NCBI GenBank assembly: GCA_965222075.1 | Contig: OZ244937.1 | Location: 1,056,001 to 1,120,000 of the forward strand | Length of the DNA: 64,000 nt | Source: Candidatus Latescibacterota bacterium | GTDB taxonomy: Bacteria > Latescibacterota > UBA2968 > GCA-2709665 | Reading direction: 5' to 3' | Shown here: in pieces, positions 1 through 8,776 of the stretch | Layout of the letters: each line of letters starts with the position of its first letter | Position numbering within the stretch: position 1 is the stretch's first letter | Made by a program: the position numbers and the translations under genes | The notes under the pieces: model-generated | Seen by the model: the letters and a program-made list of their open reading frames with translations, nothing else | The model's database searches: none | Told to the model about the DNA's origin: nothing

Positions 1-774
1 TTTATCAAAAATGGCAATTTCGTCTATCTTGCCAGTGTACTTGTAGTGGTTTAACCGGACAACCTGATCCGCCATATCCCAGGTTATGTCCTGGCGGAGG
101 CCTGACTTGCGGCCCTTTTCAACGCCGTTGATGAAGAAGGCCCATTCGGCATTGGCCGCGCTGCTGTTGAAATTTTTCCACGTAATGACGATGTGGTGCC
201 ACTCGTCTGATTTCCAGTTAAGATTTTCCACGCGGATGACCCGCTGGTTGACCATCTCATCGGAAACTTCCCGGGTCTTGTTTGGATAGCACCCGAATCG
301 GAGCGCGCGCGGGGGTCTGGTAAAATCGACAAAGATAACAGCATCGTCCCAGGGGTAGGCGTTGTCTTGCTTTTTTCCGATGTGGAAGGGTTCGGGATAG
401 TTGGCCTCCAGATCGCGGGAAGGATCAACGCTCAACCAGAAGGAGACGGCGCCGGACCAGGCTTTGCTGTTGTTGTAGGGAAAGTTGCCTTTGGCCCCGT
501 AACTGAGGGTGCTGGCACCTCCTTCAAAGGACAGGCAGCCGTCGATTTTGCCGCCGCTGGCCTCACGCTGGGGAGGGTTGGCCGTTTCAAGCACGGCGAG
601 GTCGGGGCCTGCGCAGGAGAGCGCATCAAACCCTTTTTCAAAATTCGAAAAGAAAAGGACATGGTCCAGCAGGCTTGCTTCAATCTTTCTCTCCTGTCCA
701 CCGCAGCCCAGCATCAGGGTGAGAAGGACCAGGGCGGTGGAACCGATGACCGTGGGGGAGAAACGCCATTTCAT
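1..774 (-). CDS. LamG/concanavalin A-like domain lipoprotein (3'-truncated by window edge; absent from ORF track)
   Basis: Manual translation from ATG at 774 (RBS AAGGAG upstream) stays open to position 1. It reads MKWRFSPTVIGSTALVLLTLMLGC (lipobox) ... WHHIVITWKNF ... WAFFINGVE ... YTGKIDEIAIFDK, typical LamG-like jellyroll motifs. Confidence 0.85.
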   Translation of the reverse strand, partial: MKWRFSPTVIGSTALVLLTLMLGCGGQERKIEASLLDHVLFFSNFEKGFDALSCAGPDLAVLETANPPQREASGGKIDGCLSFEGGASTLSYGAKGNFPYNNSKAWSGAVSFWLSVDPSRDLEANYPEPFHIGKKQDNAYPWDDAVIFVDFTRPPRALRFGCYPNKTREVSDEMVNQRVIRVENLNWKSDEWHHIVITWKNFNSSAANAEWAFFINGVEKGRKSGLRQDITWDMADQVVRLNHYKYTGKIDEIAIFDK

Positions 775-1170
775 GATCGATACTCCTTTCAGAGGCTTTC
801 AAAGTCTCCAACATTGGGCAGTTCGTACAGGCCTACCAATATATACAAAGCAGACGCCTGCGCAAGGGTTTTATCATGGTGTAGACCTCGGCGTTGCGGG
901 TTTCAGGGTACGCGTTGGGCAGAGGCAAAAGGCAAAAGACAAAAAGCGGATGGCTATCTGTTTTGAAAGAGATTCTGTAAAGATCAAAAAAATCATAGCA
1001 TTAGGCAAGGGATTGGAAAGGGAGGAAATCCCTTGACAACCCCGATTTATTTATTCTTATTAAGACATTAGTGAGATTTTGACCGTCGGATTCCTTTAGA
1101 ACCGCCACAGGATGATTGTCGGGGGCTGAGAAGCCTGGAAGTCCCCAATTTTTCTACTTAGGAGCCTGCG

Positions 1171-4100
1171 ATGCTGCGTAGAATCGGCAGTGTGGTTCTC
1201 TGGTTAATTGTCCTTTTTATGCTCGCTTCGGTCACCATCTGGAATCCCGGAGAGGTTACGGACAAGTTTGTTGAGTGGTTTAATATTAAGCCCAGTGTGC
1301 CCGAAGAGAGGCCGGTGATTATCTCGGAGCGTGACCGGGAGATTCGGGAGGCTGCAGAGTCGATCTCTGCGTCGGACCTTCGGGAGACGGTGGCAGCGCT
1401 TTCGGGTATGGGATCCCGGGTGCCGGGCTATCCGGGCCACAAAGAGGCCTTTGAATACGTCAAGGCACAGTTTGAGCAGATCGGCCTGGAGGACATTCAG
1501 GTAGAGGAATTCCAGGTCACGGTCCCCGTCGATAAGGGCGCCTCTCTAAAGATTACCGAAACCGGGAAAGAGATCGGGATTTATTGCCTGTGGCCCAATC
1601 ACGTTCGGCCGCCGTCCCTGCCCAGGGGGGGGATTAAGGGGAAGCTCATTTACGGGGGGAAGGGGTCGTTCAAAGAGCTGAATTGGAAGCCGGTTGACAA
1701 AAGCGTTGTCCTGATGGAGTTTGACTGCGATCAGAACTACCTCAACCCGCGGATGCTGGGTGCGAAGGCAATTCTCTTTTACGACAACGGACGGGTCAGC
1801 CGGGGGCAGGCGATGGATAAATTCCTGCAGGTGCCGGTGGATGTGCCAAGGTTCTGGGTGGAAAAAGCGGAGGTTGGGCGCTTGATGGCGTTGGCCAGGT
1901 CGGGCAAACAAGAGGTGATGCTGAAGGCCAGGATGGACTGGGAGAAGGTACCTGCCTGGAATATCTACGGCACCCTGCCCGGCGTGGATGCGTATATTAC
2001 CAAGCGTCAGGAGCGGAAGTGGAAGGACGAGATCGTTCTGCTTTCCGGTTTCTACGACGCCGTCTCGGTGGTTCCCGCGCTGGCGCCGGGGGCAGAAAAC
2101 GCCACGGGGATGGCGGCGCTGCTGGAAACGGCCAAGGCGCTGAAGCGCAATCCGCCCAAGTATACGGTGATGGTTATGGCCAATGGAGCGCATTTTCAGG
2201 GCCTGGCAGGCGTCAACGACTTTCTGTACCGGCACTCCCGCGAGAGCGAGCATTTCCGAGAACTTATCCCGGAGGACCAGAAGATCGATTTTCGGCTCTT
2301 TATCGGGTTCGACCTGTCCAGCGAATTCGACCAGGTCGCCAGTTTTTCACATGCGACTTTCTACAATTCGACATGGAGGACCAACAACTACGAGAACAAC
2401 CTCTTGGCGCCCTATGCGGACAAGTTTGACGGTTACCTGCCCAAGATCTTTCCCAACGAGGAACGCCACATAGACGCGATTGCGCCGCCCAAGCGGACCT
2501 GGAAGAATTTTATGCCCATCCGCCTGGGGTTTGACAGCGAGGCGGTCAAATTTGTTGGGAAGGAGGGCATCACGCTGGCCACGCCTTCCACCGTCCGGCA
2601 GCGGGTGGATACGCCTGTGGACCGGCTGGAATATGTCAATTTCTCGAATCTGACCCGACAGGTTCAAACGTCGGTCGGCATACTCTTGAAGGCCGTAGAA
2701 GACCCCGAATTTTTCCGCGTATCCAAGCTCAAGTTGCAGGATCTGGGGCACTCCTTGGAAGGGCGCATCCTCTGGTGGGAGCGGGATGTGGACTTTGCCA
2801 TTCCCCGGGTGCCCGTGCCGGGAGCCGTGGTGACCTACCAGCAGCCGGGTCCGGTGCCCAGCTGCGCTGGGGTGCGCACGCTGATTGTCGATAAGACCAC
2901 AGCAGGGCCTTCTTATAAGGGCAACCCGTCTCAAGGCTCGGCATATGGCTCCAAGGATGTGGTGGCAAAGACCGGCCGTTTCAAGTTTGATATTATGCGG
3001 AATCGTTTTTCCAACCAGATCCTGGCTTATCAGTTAGACGACGAGGGGCGGATCGTTTCGGCGCCCGATCTGGGCAACGAAGGCGATAAGAAATTCCCCA
3101 CCACCCAGGGCTACGGCTGGTGGGAGAATGAGACGATGGAGGTGCTGTTTAAATGCCGGTCAATCAGTGTGTTTGAAATTATCGATTCGAGCTACCTCTC
3201 GGCGCTCGACTATATGACGGTATTTAACGAGGGCGATACCCAGCCCTTAGAGTTCGGCCACTACTACATCAAGGATCAAAGCATCAAAGAGGGGGATGTG
3301 ACCCGGGCGGCGGTGGCTTTTGCTGCGCTGGATCCGACGACGGGCAAATCGGAGCATTTGAAGATTTTGATGAGTACCGGCCTGTTCGGGGTGAAGTATC
3401 TGTTGATCAACGCTTCTGAAGAATACTTAGATCATCCTGTTAACAAGCAGGATGTGGACGTGAAGCTCTTAGAGCAGTCGCGCGGGATTGGATATCCGTC
3501 GGGGGTGATTTTCAACCCTTCCTACAAGGCGGCCAAAGATATGTGGGTCATCGACGATATCCGCATGAAGCAGCTGGCCCAGTACGGGATCAAAAATACC
3601 CGGCTGTCAATGCTGCACAAGGCGGCCCGCGAGGCCCTGCTGGAGGCGAAGGAGCACCATGCCAACCGCAACTACGAAGCCTATATGGCGGCATCTCGGC
3701 AGGCCTGGGGGCTGGAGGCGAGGGGGTATCCGGAGGTGATGGCCACGGCCAACGACACGGTTCGAGGCATTATCTTTTACTTTATGCTGTTGCTGCCCTT
3801 TTCTTTCTTCTGTGAACGCCTGATTTTCGGCTTCCCCGACATCACGCGACGGCTGGTCGGATTTGCAGGGATCTTTGTTTTGTTCTTCATCATCCTCCGG
3901 TATGTACATCCGGCGTTTAAGCTGAGCAGTTCGCCTTATATCATCTTCCTGGCGTTCGTGATTCTGGCCTTAGGCGCGATTGCCATGTTTATTGTGGTCT
4001 CCAAATTCGGGGAAGAGGTCCGGAAGATGAAGCAGGCGTCGGCAGGCACGTACGAAGCGGATGTGGGACGGCTTTCCGCCACGTCGGCGGCGATTGTCCT

Positions 4101-5922
4101 GGGGATTTCCAATTTGCGCAAGCGCCCGCTGCGCACCGGTCTGACGGCGGTGACCCTGACCCTGCTTACGTTTACCGCGCTTTCGTTTACGTCGGTGCAA
4201 ACGTCGATCAAGTTCTACCGGCTGCCGCGAGACAACAAACCGACTTATCAGGGGGGGCTGGTGCGAGATCGGGCCTGGCGGGGCCTGCAGGAGTCTGTAC
4301 TGGAGTACCTGACGAGCGCGTTTGAGGGCCGGGCTTCGATTGTGCCCCGCGCCTGGTACCTCTCCCAGGTTCGGGGCGAGCGGGCCTATGTGAACTTTAC
4401 GCGCATCACCGAGCAGAAGGCCAACCTGGGATCTCGGGATACCTACATCGATTTCGATGTGGGCCTGACCTCGGGGAAGGACAGCTTTGTCAATGGCCTG
4501 CTGGGCCTGACGTCTGATGAGCCGGCCATTACCGGGGTGGACCACTTTTTGATGAGGGGGCGCTGGTTCCAGCCGGGAGAGGAACACGTCTGTATTCTGC
4601 CCAACGACTTGGCAGAGCTGGTGGGGATCTTCCCCGAAGATGTCGGAGAGGCGAAGGTCGAGATGCTGGGGCGCACCTTTACGGTAATCGGTATCTTAGA
4701 CTCGGAGTCTTTTAACAAGTACAAGGATATGGACGACGAGAAGCTGACGCCGGTGGATACGGTGTCGGAGAAGGACGACCTGTCCGATGCGCAGGACCAG
4801 GACCCCCGGGTTGTGGCGGCCGCGCCGATTGAGTCCTTCACCCACCTGGAATCGACGAATGTGATGCTTGTGCCCTACCAGTTCGTGCGCGACATCGGGG
4901 GGGCGCTGAGTTCGATTGCAATTGCCAACTTCACCGATGACCAGGGCGTGCCCAAGGAGAACTTCGTCCCCGATATCGAGGATTTTATGACCCGGGTTTC
5001 GCTGACCATGTTTGTGGGATACGGCGAGGATGTGACGGTCTACAGTTCGATCGGGTCCACAGCGCTGTCGGGGCTGGGCGCCCTCTTTATCCCGATCCTG
5101 ATCGCGGCCCTGATCGTGCTGAATACGATGATGGGGGCGGTGTACGAGCGTTTCCAGGAGATCGGGATCTACTCCGCCGTCGGGCTGGCGCCCAACCACA
5201 TTGCAGCGCTGTTTTTGGCGGAGGCGGCTGTGTTTGCCACGGTGGGGGCCGTGTTTGGGTACCTCATCGGGCAGGTGCTGGTTCTGGGGCTGTACGAACA
5301 GGGGGTGCTGGGCGGTCTGGAGTTGAACTATTCCTCGCTTTCGGCCATTTCCGCCACCCTTATCGTGATGGCTACGGTGTTCCTCTCAACGCTTTATCCG
5401 GCAAAAAAGGCGGCCGATATGGCCGTGCCCGACGTGACCCGAAAGTGGGAGTTCCCCGAACCGGAGGGCGACCGGTGGGTCTTCGACTTTCCGTTTACCG
5501 TGGGCGGCGCCGAGGTGCTGGGAATGTACACCTATCTCACCCGGGTGTTCGAGTCTTACGGGGAGGGGTCCGTGGGGGACTTTGTGGCCGACAACGTCCG
5601 GTTTACCTCTCAAGACCTGCACGGCGAACCGCAATATGAGATTTACCTGACGACCTGGCTGGCGCCCTACGACCTGGGCATCAGTCAGAACGTAGAGTTG
5701 AAGGCCATTCCGACCGGGGAGCACAACATCTACAAGATCGAGGTGGTGATCAACCGGCTGAGCGGCGATGTGGCTTCCTGGAAACGGATCAACCGTGGCT
5801 TTTTGAACGTGCTCCGAAAACGGTTCCTGGTCTGGCGCACCATTCCGCCTGAAATCAAACACCAGTATGCCGGGGAAGGACAGCAGATCCTCCAGGGAGA
5901 AGTCCAGGAGACGACGACGTAG
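1171..5922 (+). CDS. Large membrane protein: M28/PA peptidase-fold extracytoplasmic domain fused to MacB/FtsX-type ABC permease
   Basis: N-terminal TM. M28-like motifs GSRVPGYPGH, VLLSGFYD, APGAENATGMAALLE. Three-TM block near aa 870-945. MacB TM1 SNLRKRPLRTGLT, periplasmic RGRWF...FTVIGIL, FtsX VLNTMMGAVYERFQEIGIYSAVG. Confidence 0.85.
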   Translation: MLRRIGSVVLWLIVLFMLASVTIWNPGEVTDKFVEWFNIKPSVPEERPVIISERDREIREAAESISASDLRETVAALSGMGSRVPGYPGHKEAFEYVKAQFEQIGLEDIQVEEFQVTVPVDKGASLKITETGKEIGIYCLWPNHVRPPSLPRGGIKGKLIYGGKGSFKELNWKPVDKSVVLMEFDCDQNYLNPRMLGAKAILFYDNGRVSRGQAMDKFLQVPVDVPRFWVEKAEVGRLMALARSGKQEVMLKARMDWEKVPAWNIYGTLPGVDAYITKRQERKWKDEIVLLSGFYDAVSVVPALAPGAENATGMAALLETAKALKRNPPKYTVMVMANGAHFQGLAGVNDFLYRHSRESEHFRELIPEDQKIDFRLFIGFDLSSEFDQVASFSHATFYNSTWRTNNYENNLLAPYADKFDGYLPKIFPNEERHIDAIAPPKRTWKNFMPIRLGFDSEAVKFVGKEGITLATPSTVRQRVDTPVDRLEYVNFSNLTRQVQTSVGILLKAVEDPEFFRVSKLKLQDLGHSLEGRILWWERDVDFAIPRVPVPGAVVTYQQPGPVPSCAGVRTLIVDKTTAGPSYKGNPSQGSAYGSKDVVAKTGRFKFDIMRNRFSNQILAYQLDDEGRIVSAPDLGNEGDKKFPTTQGYGWWENETMEVLFKCRSISVFEIIDSSYLSALDYMTVFNEGDTQPLEFGHYYIKDQSIKEGDVTRAAVAFAALDPTTGKSEHLKILMSTGLFGVKYLLINASEEYLDHPVNKQDVDVKLLEQSRGIGYPSGVIFNPSYKAAKDMWVIDDIRMKQLAQYGIKNTRLSMLHKAAREALLEAKEHHANRNYEAYMAASRQAWGLEARGYPEVMATANDTVRGIIFYFMLLLPFSFFCERLIFGFPDITRRLVGFAGIFVLFFIILRYVHPAFKLSSSPYIIFLAFVILALGAIAMFIVVSKFGEEVRKMKQASAGTYEADVGRLSATSAAIVLGISNLRKRPLRTGLTAVTLTLLTFTALSFTSVQTSIKFYRLPRDNKPTYQGGLVRDRAWRGLQESVLEYLTSAFEGRASIVPRAWYLSQVRGERAYVNFTRITEQKANLGSRDTYIDFDVGLTSGKDSFVNGLLGLTSDEPAITGVDHFLMRGRWFQPGEEHVCILPNDLAELVGIFPEDVGEAKVEMLGRTFTVIGILDSESFNKYKDMDDEKLTPVDTVSEKDDLSDAQDQDPRVVAAAPIESFTHLESTNVMLVPYQFVRDIGGALSSIAIANFTDDQGVPKENFVPDIEDFMTRVSLTMFVGYGEDVTVYSSIGSTALSGLGALFIPILIAALIVLNTMMGAVYERFQEIGIYSAVGLAPNHIAALFLAEAAVFATVGAVFGYLIGQVLVLGLYEQGVLGGLELNYSSLSAISATLIVMATVFLSTLYPAKKAADMAVPDVTRKWEFPEPEGDRWVFDFPFTVGGAEVLGMYTYLTRVFESYGEGSVGDFVADNVRFTSQDLHGEPQYEIYLTTWLAPYDLGISQNVELKAIPTGEHNIYKIEVVINRLSGDVASWKRINRGFLNVLRKRFLVWRTIPPEIKHQYAGEGQQILQGEVQETTT

Positions 5923-5950
5923 AAGAGATTTCGGAATAAGGAGGGGAGAA

Positions 5951-7999
5951 TTGGCGACCGAACCGAAAGATGGTGAACAAGAAGATATAGCGCAATACGA
6001 ATCCATTATGCCGGAGGACGCGCCCTTCGAAGATGGGTTTAACGTGAAGACCATCTGGGCGACCCTGTTTGTGGGGATCGTGATGCTGCCCGGGGCGATC
6101 TACCTGGGGCTGGTCACCGGGCAGAGCATGGCGGGCGCATCGGAGTGGGTGACCATTATCCTCTTTTTGGAGATCGCCAAGCGGTCTTTTGTGCGGCTTA
6201 AGACCCAGGAGCTGATTGTCATCTACTGGGTGGCCGGTGGTCTTTTGGGGTTGGGAGCCCGGCTGGGGAGTGGGGCGCATATGTACGGGGGCCCCTTTGG
6301 GGGGCTGATCTGGGACCAGTATTTGATCCAGTCTCCGGCGGCCAAGGGTCTGGCCAAGTATATTCCAGACTGGGTGGTTCCGCCGCTGGATACGCCGGTT
6401 TACGTTGAGCGGACGTTTGTCCACAGCGCGTGGATCAAGCCGGTCCTGATCCTTTTCACGGTGATGGTGATCCTCAGAACCGCCCACCTCGCGTTCGGCT
6501 ATATCATGTTCCGGGTGACGAACGACATCGAAAAGCTGCCCTTTCCGCTGGCGCCGGTACAGGCGAGGGGCGCCACGGCACTGGCCGAGAGCTCGGCCAA
6601 GCAGGAGGGGTGGCGCTGGCGGGTGTTCAGCACGGGGACCTGCATCGGTCTGATCTGGGGGCTTTTGTATGTGGTGGTGCCAACGATGTCGAGCATCTTC
6701 CTGACGGACACGGTACAGATCCTGCCGATCCCGTTCATCGACTTTACCGCGGAGATCAAGACGATCCTGCCCACGGCGATCTTCGGGCTGGGGACCGACC
6801 TTGCGCACCTGCTCATCGGATTCGTGCTGCCGTTCTACGTTGTCATCGGGTCGTTTGCCGGGGCCATCATCAGCAACCTGGTGATCAATCCCTTGCTGCT
6901 CTACAAGATCGGCGTCCTGCAGCGCTGGTCGCCGGGCATGACGGCCATCCCGGCCAGCATCTCCAACCGGTTCGACTTCTGGCTGAGCTTCGGAATCGGG
7001 ACGGCGCTGGTGATCGCACTTACCGGGTTCTACATCGTGGGCAAGGCCCTCTTGGAGCAGCGCCGGAAGGTGCGGGAGACGGGACACCAGACGATGGGGG
7101 TAGGCCTGGAAGATCTGCCCGAGGGGCGGGGCGATCTGAAGATGCTCTATCCGATTTTGCTGTGGGCGGTGGCGACGGTAGGATTCATCGCCATGTGCCG
7201 GGTGCTGGTGCCGGAGTTCCACTGGGGGTGGCTGATTTTCTTCGGGTTTATCTACTCGCCGCTCACCTCCTATATCGGGGCGCGCATGATCGGGCTGACG
7301 GGCAATCCTTATGGTGCGGGCATCCCCTACATCCGGGAGGCGGCCATCTTCCTGTCGGGGTACAAAGGCGCGGATATCTGGTTTGCGCCGCTGCCTCTGC
7401 ACAACTACGGGACGGCGGTGCCGGCCTTCAAGCAGCTGGAACTGACAAAGACGAAGTTTGTAAGCTACGTAAAGCTGACGATTCTGACTACGTTCGTCAT
7501 CTTTATCTGCAGCTTTGTCTTCTGGGAGTTCATCTGGAGGCTGGGGCCGATCCCGTCGTCCACCTATCCCTACGTGCAGATGTTCTGGCCGTTTGAGGCG
7601 ACGATGCAGACGATGTGGATCAAGTCGACACTGCCGCCAGAAGAGGTTCAGGGGGCTGTCGGGTTGGAGCTGCTGCTGGATATCGTGAAGTTCGATTACG
7701 TTGCTGCCGGATTTGTCGCAGGGCTGGCGATCTATATTATTCTGTCTGCGCTGAAGGCGCCGATATTGATTTTCTTCGGATTTGTTCAGGGGTTGAACTG
7801 GTGGCCGCACTTCGTGATCCTCCAATTTGCGGGAGCGTTGCTGGGCCGTTACTATTTTGCCAGGCGTTTTGGGGAGTCAAAGTGGCAGGCTTACGCGCCG
7901 ATCCTGCTGGCTGGATATTCCTGCGGAATGGGGCTGATCGCGATGACCTCGATTGCCGTGGCCCTGATATCCAAGGCCGTTTCGCAGGTGGTTTTCTAA
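5951..7999 (+). CDS. OPT (oligopeptide transporter)-like multi-pass membrane protein
   Basis: TTG start after AAGGAGGGGAG. About 15 hydrophobic segments. Motifs PGAIYLGLVTG, LKTQELIVI and EKLPFPLAPV resemble OPT/YSL family signatures. Confidence 0.7.
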   Translation: MATEPKDGEQEDIAQYESIMPEDAPFEDGFNVKTIWATLFVGIVMLPGAIYLGLVTGQSMAGASEWVTIILFLEIAKRSFVRLKTQELIVIYWVAGGLLGLGARLGSGAHMYGGPFGGLIWDQYLIQSPAAKGLAKYIPDWVVPPLDTPVYVERTFVHSAWIKPVLILFTVMVILRTAHLAFGYIMFRVTNDIEKLPFPLAPVQARGATALAESSAKQEGWRWRVFSTGTCIGLIWGLLYVVVPTMSSIFLTDTVQILPIPFIDFTAEIKTILPTAIFGLGTDLAHLLIGFVLPFYVVIGSFAGAIISNLVINPLLLYKIGVLQRWSPGMTAIPASISNRFDFWLSFGIGTALVIALTGFYIVGKALLEQRRKVRETGHQTMGVGLEDLPEGRGDLKMLYPILLWAVATVGFIAMCRVLVPEFHWGWLIFFGFIYSPLTSYIGARMIGLTGNPYGAGIPYIREAAIFLSGYKGADIWFAPLPLHNYGTAVPAFKQLELTKTKFVSYVKLTILTTFVIFICSFVFWEFIWRLGPIPSSTYPYVQMFWPFEATMQTMWIKSTLPPEEVQGAVGLELLLDIVKFDYVAAGFVAGLAIYIILSALKAPILIFFGFVQGLNWWPHFVILQFAGALLGRYYFARRFGESKWQAYAPILLAGYSCGMGLIAMTSIAVALISKAVSQVVF

Positions 8000-8059
8000 G
8001 TCACGAGGACTCGTGACCGGGGTGGGGTGTGGGAAGGGTAGGACGCATAGGGGAACTTT

Positions 8060-8117
8060 TGCCCGGGTGGGGATCGTCTAAGTCATACGACCAACTTACC
8101 CGGGCAGCTTCTTTTTT
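8060..8117 (+). terminator. Probable intrinsic terminator after the M28-FtsX/OPT unit
   Basis: TGCCCGGGTGGG (8060-8071) pairs with CTTACCCGGGCA (8095-8106), with inner TCGT/ACGA, followed by GCTTCTTTTTT. Confidence 0.55.
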
Positions 8118-8164
8118 CCCGGGGGGATTTCGGAGGGAGATACATATTCATAAGGAGGCGCACC

Positions 8165-8623
8165 ATGAGGGGGGCAGCAAGAACAGGATGTTTCGTGGTG
8201 GCAATCGGTTTGATCGCATCGCTGTCGTTAGAGGCACAGCCTCAGGGCGGTGGGCGGGGTGGGTGGGGTGGGCGCGTCGGGATGATGGCTGCGCGTTTTA
8301 TCCCGGTGGAACAGACGCTGGGGTTCCTGGCCTTTGACGAGAAGATCGGGCTGGCCGACGATCAGCTCCTCAAGGTTCGAAAAGAACTGAAAACGGTTCA
8401 CAAGAAACGGGCCGAGCTTATGCAGGAGATGCAGGGAGGGCAAAGGGACCGTCAGGCAATGATGGAGAAGGTCCGGGGGCTTCGCGGAGAGATGCTGGAG
8501 AAGCTCACAGGCATTTTAAATGCCGAGCAGAACAAGGTGCTGGCAGAATACATGGAAAGGATGCAGAATCGGCGGAGACGGGGTGGTGGGCGTCAGGGGG
8601 GTGGAGGGGGTGAGAGGCTGTAG
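8165..8623 (+). CDS. Secreted alpha-helical protein, Spy/CpxP-like
   Basis: RBS TAAGGAGG, signal peptide ending LEA-Q, LTXXQ-like motifs (LADDQ, LNAEQ), Gly/Arg-rich ends. Confidence 0.65.
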   Translation: MRGAARTGCFVVAIGLIASLSLEAQPQGGGRGGWGGRVGMMAARFIPVEQTLGFLAFDEKIGLADDQLLKVRKELKTVHKKRAELMQEMQGGQRDRQAMMEKVRGLRGEMLEKLTGILNAEQNKVLAEYMERMQNRRRRGGGRQGGGGGERL

Positions 8624-8695
8624 GTCCTTTCCCCTGCGAAAGAAACCGCGTCGTCGGGAACACCGGCGCCGCCAGCTTGTATGGGGATTTTCCTG

Positions 8696-8724
8696 TTGAC
8701 AGATGAATTCAGCCGAATTACCTT
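8696..8724 (+). promoter_or_regulatory. Sigma70-type promoter
   Basis: TTGACA-17 nt-TACCTT upstream of the metallophosphoesterase gene. Confidence 0.5.
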
Positions 8725-8776
8725 GGTTCCGGAGGTTTCAAGCGGTTACAAAAGGAGGTGTGCAAGAAGAGGCGGG

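Noticed and set aside
84-701. Two same-frame minus-strand ORFs separated by a TGA (possible selenocysteine or recoding)
   Set aside because: They are off-frame shadows. The real gene (1-774) is in another minus frame with no internal stop, and TGA is a normal stop throughout the window.
1033-1063. Sigma70 promoter for the M28-FtsX gene
   Set aside because: TTGACA is present at 1033, but no convincing -10 lies at 16-18 nt spacing, so it was not called.
5855-7825. 656-aa minus-strand ORF
   Set aside because: Antisense shadow of the OPT-like gene, with R/Q/P/H-rich composition typical of GC-rich reverse frames.
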